From Candidatus Woesearchaeota archaeon (GTDB lineage: Archaea > Nanobdellota > Nanobdellia > Woesearchaeales > JAIPIC01), in NCBI GenBank assembly GCA_021734865.1, contig JAIPIC010000001.1, positions 4,166 through 68,165 on the forward strand: DNA of 64,000 nucleotides, written 5' to 3'. A program made the position numbers and the translations under genes. Of this stretch, positions 58,641 through 64,000 are shown piece after piece; positions within the stretch are counted from its first letter, which is position 1; each line of letters opens with the position of its first letter. The notes beneath the pieces are model-generated. The model searched no databases and was not told the origin of the DNA. It saw nothing but the letters and a program-made list of their open reading frames with translations.

Positions 58641-60736
58641 AAATAAAAAGAGGTGCTATTTGTATACTGATACTAATTGGTATCATGTCTGTCGGATACT
58701 TTGAAGTATTTGCTGCAAACGAAGATATAGCTGCAAGCATAAGAAATCAGTCAAGCAACTTAGTTATCAATATAACCTGTGGTAACAATAGATGTGAAAC
58801 TGGAGAGAATGAATATAATTGCCCTCAAGATTGTTCAAAGTCGCCATTTGACTTTAAGATGAGTTTTACTAATCCGCAGATATGGCTTGGTGCTGAAGAG
58901 AAGATTCATTTCATTGAAATACAGAATAATCTCAAAACAGAAATAACTGTTAATGTGAATTTAATAGGGGACACTCTTAACAGACTAATTCACATTAACA
59001 AGACGACTTACGTTATTAAATCAAGAGAGACTGGGATTGTCAATCTTGTTATTCGGGCCTGGGATGTTACTCCGGGAGTCTATAATGGATATATAAACTT
59101 AAATTCTGCTAAGAAGAATGTCACGATACCTGTTGGAATACAAGTATATGATGAAATAAAGGATACTATTGATGTTCAGTCTAACATTATCGGAGATGAA
59201 ATCGAAAATGATGGGTCAATTAAACTCCATATCACAATTTATAATCCTAATTTCAAGACAGTCAATATGTCAATATCATATTATATTAATAATTCTGTCG
59301 ATGGGCTGATGATTTATAATTCAAGTGAGTATATGTTAATAAATTCTTCAAGAGTATTGGTCAGGGATTTTGACTTGAACAGTTTCAATCTGACCAACAG
59401 GTTTTATTCACATAATATGACAGTTAAACCTGGAACATTAAGAGAAGTGCCACCAAGCGACTATTATGTCACCGTAAAATTCAACCTTGATAACCAAACG
59501 ATCTATCTGACTGATACTGTGATAATAAGCAAGCCTTTCTGGACAAAAGACAGAATATGGGTAGTGATTGGAAGCATATTGTTTATTGCTATAGGGGGGG
59601 GAGGACTATTTGGCTACAAAAAATATATGGAACTAAAAAAGAATAAAGCTAGGTATGTTTTCCCAATGGATTATAGTAAATTACCACAACAGGATAATTA
59701 TTCTTTGTGGTTAGGATTGATTGCAGAAACCAAAAAAAAGGCCTTTTATAGTATGAATGATTTGACAACCCATGCACTTGTTGCTGGTTCTACTGGTTCT
59801 GGTAAATCTGTTTCTGCCTCAGTAATTGTGGAAGAGGTTCTTGAAAAAAAGGTACCTGTAATCATTTTTGATCCAACCAGTCAGTGGACTGGATTTGTAC
59901 GGCCGTGCAAAGATAAAAATTTATTAAAATACTACCCAAAATTTAGTCTTACAGATGACGATTCCAGACCATATAAAGGTTTAATCTATGATGTAAAGAG
60001 TCCTGACGTCCAGATTGATTTCAAGAAATTTATGAATCCTGGAGAAGTGACTGTATTTAATTTAGGTAATTTAAAGGTAGGAGAATATGATATTGCAACG
60101 AAAAATATTGTTGATACGATATTTCATATGAGATGGGAAGAATCTCCTGAACTCAAGATGTTATTGGTATTTGATGAGGTGCATAGGCTACTTGAGAAAT
60201 ATGGTGGTAAAGGAGGATATATTGCGCTTGAGAAAGGAGCAAGGGAGTTTAGGAAGTGGGGAATCGGCATGATAATGGCATCACAGGTATCTGCAGACTT
60301 CAAAGAGTCAATAGCTGGGAACATCCTTACAGAAGTACAGTTGAATACAAAGTCTATGGAAGATATTAAGAAAATTGCACAAAAGTATGGGACTGAATTT
60401 TCAGAGAGGATCTCTAGAGAAGGTATTGGTGTTGCTATGATCCAGAATCCAAAATATAATGATGGTAAACCATGGTTCATCAATTTCAGACCTACTTACC
60501 ACTCACCACATAAGATTGCAGCTGAAGAGCTTGAGATGTATGCTAAGTTCACCGATCAGCTCAGCGAGATTGAAGTTCAAATTACTAAGCTAAGAGAGAA
60601 GAAGGTTGATACTTCTGATATAGAAATGGAAATTAAGTTAGCCAAGGACAAGTTAAAAGAAGGTCATTTCAGGATGGCAGAAATTTATATAAATGGATTA
60701 TTTGAAAATTTAAACAAATTGAAAGGAAAGAAATGA
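58637..60736 (+). CDS. mini-paralog of the giant protein C-terminus (699 aa): signal peptide, CPEDC-type Cys module, juxtamembrane Ig-like domain, TM helix, HerA/FtsK/VirB4-type ATPase
   Basis: The start ATG overlaps the giant stop (ATGA). MKIKRGAICILILIGIMSVGYFEVFA is a signal peptide, IWVVIGSILFIAIGGGGLFGY is the TM helix, and the ATPase region is about 90% identical in amino acids to giant aa ~15440-15740. The ectodomain is homologous to giant residues after 56700 (SPFDFKMSFTNPQI vs FPFDYELDFLNPEV). Confidence 0.9.
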   Translation: MKIKRGAICILILIGIMSVGYFEVFAANEDIAASIRNQSSNLVINITCGNNRCETGENEYNCPQDCSKSPFDFKMSFTNPQIWLGAEEKIHFIEIQNNLKTEITVNVNLIGDTLNRLIHINKTTYVIKSRETGIVNLVIRAWDVTPGVYNGYINLNSAKKNVTIPVGIQVYDEIKDTIDVQSNIIGDEIENDGSIKLHITIYNPNFKTVNMSISYYINNSVDGLMIYNSSEYMLINSSRVLVRDFDLNSFNLTNRFYSHNMTVKPGTLREVPPSDYYVTVKFNLDNQTIYLTDTVIISKPFWTKDRIWVVIGSILFIAIGGGGLFGYKKYMELKKNKARYVFPMDYSKLPQQDNYSLWLGLIAETKKKAFYSMNDLTTHALVAGSTGSGKSVSASVIVEEVLEKKVPVIIFDPTSQWTGFVRPCKDKNLLKYYPKFSLTDDDSRPYKGLIYDVKSPDVQIDFKKFMNPGEVTVFNLGNLKVGEYDIATKNIVDTIFHMRWEESPELKMLLVFDEVHRLLEKYGGKGGYIALEKGAREFRKWGIGMIMASQVSADFKESIAGNILTEVQLNTKSMEDIKKIAQKYGTEFSERISREGIGVAMIQNPKYNDGKPWFINFRPTYHSPHKIAAEELEMYAKFTDQLSEIEVQITKLREKKVDTSDIEMEIKLAKDKLKEGHFRMAEIYINGLFENLNKLKGKK

Positions 60737-62823
60737 AAGATTCAATTATGATTGCAAAGGAGAAACTGGCCCAAAGCGAGTTTGACAGTTTTGATATTGA
60801 TAATATTATTGAAAAGATTGTCATGAAGAGGCGGGCTTCAAATGTCCAGAGTTCTGTTGAACAGAAAGATCAAGTTATCGGATCAAAGAATAATTCAACA
60901 CAATCATCACAGATATCAACTCAGGATAGTACTGTAACAGATACTGTTAGTGGGAATGTCAAAGAGTCAAAGGGTGTACCTGAAGGAACTACTCAAAATG
61001 ATTCATCAAAAGGTGCCGATAATGGAACAGCAAATATAAATGTAATATCAGAAGATGATATTAAAGAAATAATTAAAGGTGCTTTAGTAAGAGGAGTTAA
61101 AATTAATTCTATTTCGGATCACTTAATTCAAAGAGGATTAGACAAGGACCGTTGTAATAATATTATTCATGATTCTTTCAGCAGTATTGATAGGAATCAA
61201 ATAATTGCTGAACAACAAATTGAAGACAAGAAAAAGGCTAATGAGGGTGATAATAATATGTCGCAAAACGAGGATAATCAGAATCAACCAGATGAAAAAG
61301 TAAGCAAGGAATCAGATGCTGAACAAAAAAATGTAGAGGAAGCAAAGGAGCAAACTGATGAACCATCTAAAGACAAACAAGGTAAAGATGCAGAGGATTA
61401 TGATCGAAGCAGAGATGCATTCAAACCAGGAGAATTAGCTGAATTGGAAAAGGCTGAAGCAGAGAAAAATAAAAGTCTAATGGATAAGCTATTCGCGAAA
61501 AAAGAAAACACTGAAAAAAATGATGACAACGGTAAGGAAGTGGTAATCGAGCGAGATGTTTTTGATGGTAGTTATTTAGATAGGGCTACAAAAGCAGAGA
61601 TCAGAGAAATAACCAACAGGATAATGGAAGAATATAAGAAAAGAACAGATGACATACAGTTAATGGTTGAAAAGGTTGATGGTAAAATAGCAAGGGAGAA
61701 GGAAGTTGATGAAGGTCTGAATATGAGAATCTCTGATCTTGTTGAAAAGATTGGTGAACTCCGTTCAACAATAATGGGCAGGGAGAGATTTTTTGACAAG
61801 ATGGAAAATGATTTTGAATCAATGAAAGATGTTATTCACGATCTGAAGCCGGAGAGAATAAAGAAAGAATTTGAAGATAAAGAGAAGTCAATACTCCAGT
61901 TGGACGCCAAAATTGAAAAAGCAACTAATGTTCTTGAGACGATGTCAGTTGATCTGAAAAAATACAAAGAAATAATGACTAAGATTGTAAGTTATGAAAA
62001 TTTGCTTGCTACTCTAGAGGACTTAAATAAGAAAGTCAAGAAAATTGATGAGACTGAAAGATATATGGAAAAGATAGGAGGACGTTTGGAGACTTCATAC
62101 TCTGATCTTAACAAGAAATTGGGTACTATAGTAACTCATGATGAAAAACTTAGGGGATTTGAAGAAATGACAAAAGAGTTCACGAAGAATATTGACCTTC
62201 TCCAAAATAAACTTGAAAAGAAGCTCAATAAAAATGATATTGAGAAAGTGTACCCCGAATTTGAGAAGAAATTCAATGAACATTTTGGTAAGATCAATGA
62301 TGAGATTGCAGTGCTTAAAGATGCCCTTTTCAGAAAGGAAGTTAATGAATCAAATAGTAGCTCTATTGTCTACCCAAACCAAACCACTGATCAGACAATC
62401 AGTAACTCAGGAGTTTCTTCACCTGGAAACCAGAAGGTCTCAGATTCCAGCAGTGCGACCTTAAATGCTCCAGAAAATAGTGTTCACGTTGAAAAGGCTC
62501 CTAGTCAAAACCAAAAATCCGTAAGCCCACAAACACAAAACCTATCTAGGGAATCTTCAACACCTAGTAGCGCACCTAAGAATGAGAACAAGATGAGCAT
62601 TAAGGAGAAAGAACTAGTGAATGCATTAATTAAACATATCGAAGCAAAAATTGATAGTGATCAAGCACCTCAATATTATAAAAAAGCTGTCGATATGATT
62701 ACAAAATACCCTGAAGATCCTTCAATCAACCAACTGAAGAACAAACTGACTGAAATAAGATCAAAGATGCTAGGATCAGATGGTCCTGAAATTAAATTCA
62801 GTTGGGGAAACTGGAATAAGTAA
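60733..62823 (+). CDS. acidic coiled-coil protein (696 aa), probable cytoplasmic partner/scaffold
   Basis: ATGA overlap with the paralog stop. There is no TM helix or signal peptide. It has S/T/Q-rich linkers, a long E/K-rich region and heptad-like segments (aa ~280-520, e.g. LMVEKVDGKIAREKEVDEGLNMRISDLVEKIGELRS). Confidence 0.75.
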   Translation: MKDSIMIAKEKLAQSEFDSFDIDNIIEKIVMKRRASNVQSSVEQKDQVIGSKNNSTQSSQISTQDSTVTDTVSGNVKESKGVPEGTTQNDSSKGADNGTANINVISEDDIKEIIKGALVRGVKINSISDHLIQRGLDKDRCNNIIHDSFSSIDRNQIIAEQQIEDKKKANEGDNNMSQNEDNQNQPDEKVSKESDAEQKNVEEAKEQTDEPSKDKQGKDAEDYDRSRDAFKPGELAELEKAEAEKNKSLMDKLFAKKENTEKNDDNGKEVVIERDVFDGSYLDRATKAEIREITNRIMEEYKKRTDDIQLMVEKVDGKIAREKEVDEGLNMRISDLVEKIGELRSTIMGRERFFDKMENDFESMKDVIHDLKPERIKKEFEDKEKSILQLDAKIEKATNVLETMSVDLKKYKEIMTKIVSYENLLATLEDLNKKVKKIDETERYMEKIGGRLETSYSDLNKKLGTIVTHDEKLRGFEEMTKEFTKNIDLLQNKLEKKLNKNDIEKVYPEFEKKFNEHFGKINDEIAVLKDALFRKEVNESNSSSIVYPNQTTDQTISNSGVSSPGNQKVSDSSSATLNAPENSVHVEKAPSQNQKSVSPQTQNLSRESSTPSSAPKNENKMSIKEKELVNALIKHIEAKIDSDQAPQYYKKAVDMITKYPEDPSINQLKNKLTEIRSKMLGSDGPEIKFSWGNWNK

Positions 62824-62940
62824 GTCACATAAAAAAATGAATTCCCGTTCCGCTTTATCTCCAAGCTGAATTTTAAGATCAAAGATACTCGAGCATCACA
62901 GAAATCTTCAATGGCATGAAATAGTCATCTCACAACTTAA

Positions 62941-62961
62941 ATCTCACAACGTGAGATTTTC
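62941..62961 (+). terminator. hairpin ATCTCAC-AAC-GTGAGAT followed by TTTT, about 120 nt after the coiled-coil gene stop. The direct repeat atctcacaac is also present at 62927.
   Basis: Read directly from the sequence. Confidence 0.4.
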
Positions 62962-63026
62962 AATAACTTATGTTTTCTTCTGAAAGTTAATTGCAGTTAT
63001 CAATATGAAATCCTCTAAATGGTTTG

Positions 63027-63309
63027 TAATAAGTAAAAATTAATTATTAATAAGTAAAAAAAGGGGAAATTTGCCAATTTTTAGAATTTTTGAATGGTAG
63101 TTTAACTATAATAAGTTTAAATTAATCCATAGTAAGTAAAAAAAAGACAAATATTAATTAATAGTAAGTAAAGTATTCAATGAATTATGAAGAACTTTGG
63201 GATAACCATAACAATTATACCTATTTTAAAGTCAAAAGAAGGTATTTGCTGATTCAGGGCGACAAAATTAATAATATTTATAAAGTAACATTAATTAATA
63301 GTAAGTTAT
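63027..63309. repeat. five copies of a (T)AATA(A/G)TAAGTAAA-like motif, including two near-identical TTAATTAATAGTAAGT at about 63155 and 63289, upstream of the HTH gene
   Basis: Copies at about 63027, 63048, 63130, 63162 and 63296. The last copy ends at the TTG start codon. A TTTATAAAG TATA-like element lies at about 63277. Confidence 0.5.
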
Positions 63310-63310
63310 A

Positions 63311-63784
63311 TTGAATCAAAGCAGTAAACTGGAGGAATTTATTATAGCTGTCCGTAGACTCAAGACTGTTTCTAATCTATCTGATTCAGATATTATCAAC
63401 ATAGCAAAAAAAGAGATTGTAAGAAAACCAAGCATACCAATATCCATCTTTGCATCAAATCTTGGTATACTCGAGACTGCTGTAAAGTATCTAAAGGAAG
63501 CTTTTGGTTTGACTTATGCAAAAATTGCTCTTATGTTAAATAGAGATCAAAGAACCATATGGGTATGCTACAATAGGGCTTGCGCAAAAAACAGTAAGAA
63601 GTATGAGATGGGGTTTTCAACAGGCGATATTGAAATTCCAATAGAAATACTGGCCAATAGAACACTGTCACCCCTTTGTGCAGTATGTAATTATCTTTTT
63701 AATCTTGGTGTGACAAAGACCACTATTGCAAAATTACTCAATAGGAAAGTGCAGAATATCTGGTATGCAATAAAGAAAGGATGA
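63311..63784 (+). CDS. small DNA-binding protein with two tandem sigma70-region-4/LuxR-like HTH repeats. Its apparent start codon is TTG.
   Basis: There is an internal duplication: IALMLNRDQRTIWVCYNRA versus IAKLLNRKVQNIWYAIKKG. Each is preceded by L..L...(V/C).YL...(F/L)G(L/V)T, like HTH region 4. The first in-frame start after the upstream stop is TTG at 63311, and there is no in-frame ATG until aa ~75. Confidence 0.4.
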   Translation: MNQSSKLEEFIIAVRRLKTVSNLSDSDIINIAKKEIVRKPSIPISIFASNLGILETAVKYLKEAFGLTYAKIALMLNRDQRTIWVCYNRACAKNSKKYEMGFSTGDIEIPIEILANRTLSPLCAVCNYLFNLGVTKTTIAKLLNRKVQNIWYAIKKG

Positions 63785-64000
63785 ATTTAAATCAAATAAT
63801 GGATCAGGGAAGTGGATTTAATTGTTCTAGTTGTTATACTAAGAAGAGTAATTATATCTTCATTTTCTTGTTGATATTATTGTGTATTCCATTGGTTCAA
63901 GCAGATTCTAATCTTTATGGGCACAAATACTCCTCTAAACCTGCCCCTAATAATGATTTCATTATGCAGATATCAAATGCTTCAGAGATGAATAATTCCT
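63781..64000 (+). CDS. N-terminus of a secreted protein (partial, runs off the window)
   Basis: ATGA overlap with the HTH gene stop. Manual translation gives MNLNQIMDQGSGFNCSSCYTKKSNYIFIFLLILLCIPLVQADSNLYGHKYSSKP..., which has a hydrophobic core plus a VQA-like cleavage site. It is not in the ORF track because it has no stop. Confidence 0.35.
   Translation, partial: MNLNQIMDQGSGFNCSSCYTKKSNYIFIFLLILLCIPLVQADSNLYGHKYSSKPAPNNDFIMQISNASEMNNS

Noticed and set aside
56545-56580. GGGSAAAGGSAG and the hexa-Gly run at about 31690 as possible sortase/archaeosortase (PGF-CTERM-like) sorting signals
   Set aside because: They are internal, followed by hundreds of residues of folded domains, and lack the PGF/PEF tripeptide plus terminal TM architecture. 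They are more likely flexible linkers.
11972-57000. About 40 short ORFs (60-160 aa) on both strands inside the giant gene, e.g. 11972..12454(-), 13531..13869(+) and 49499..49930(-)
   Set aside because: They are frame-shadow ORFs of the 47.4-kb coding sequence, which shows continuous repeat structure in its own frame. None has recognisable motifs. 57836..58387(-) and 60124..60483(-) are near-identical only because they shadow the two paralogous ATPase domains.
11211-58640. Possibility that the giant ORF is a pseudogene or a fusion created by mis-assembly of repeats
   Set aside because: There are no stops or frameshifts over 47 kb. The repeat copies are clearly diverged, and the different repeat families follow a non-random order ending in conserved membrane-proximal modules shared with the downstream paralog. 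A collapsed repeat copy number cannot be excluded without long reads.

Overview
AT-rich segment, probably archaeal. That guess rests on several genes starting without Shine-Dalgarno sequences, TATA-like elements about 30-60 nt upstream of starts, a MacB-type ABC cassette paired with a COG1361/CARDB-like surface protein, and dense N-x-S/T sequons in surface proteins. A low-GC bacterium cannot be excluded.

nt 1-10.6 kb holds ordinary genes. These are two secreted or membrane proteins on the minus strand, a wHTH regulator, a MacB-type ABC module (one ATPase, one CARDB-like surface protein, two FtsX-type permeases), a Nudix-like hydrolase, a radical-SAM-like protein and a RelA/SpoT-type HD-domain protein.

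nt 11.05-62.8 kb is one co-directional, translationally coupled cluster that I consider the main novelty. It starts with a 57-aa AbrB/SpoVT-like ORF that is absent from the ORF track and overlaps the next start by 17 nt. Next is a single uninterrupted 47.4-kb ORF (15,809 aa), followed by a 699-aa mini-paralog (ATGA overlap) and then a 696-aa acidic coiled-coil protein (ATGA overlap).

The giant protein is a type-I membrane protein. It has an N-terminal signal anchor and an ectodomain of roughly 15,400 aa built from many repeat families. These include two Cys-repeat families, FG-GAP-like repeats, ten ~207-aa units with three LamG/ConA-like insertions, two discoidin-like domains, a ~55-domain Ig/HYR-like array organised as ~18 three-domain super-repeats, an NHL beta-propeller and CPEDC-type four-Cys modules. 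A single C-terminal TM helix is followed by a cytoplasmic P-loop ATPase of the HerA/FtsK/VirB4 (DUF87-like) type with Walker A GSTGSGKS and Walker B LLVFDEVH.

The mini-paralog repeats only the juxtamembrane domain, TM helix and ATPase. A ~350-bp tract inside the two ATPase domains is ~97% identical at the nucleotide level while its flanks are ~75-80%, which indicates gene conversion. A giant adhesin-like surface protein covalently fused to a hexamer-type cytoplasmic motor ATPase, with a co-evolving mini-paralog and a coiled-coil partner, is not a system I recognise as described.

Downstream lie a tandem sigma70-region-4-like HTH protein that apparently starts at TTG and is preceded by five copies of a TAATAGTAAGTAAA-like motif, and the N-terminus of a secreted protein running off the window. 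No rRNA, tRNA, CRISPR or transposase was seen.
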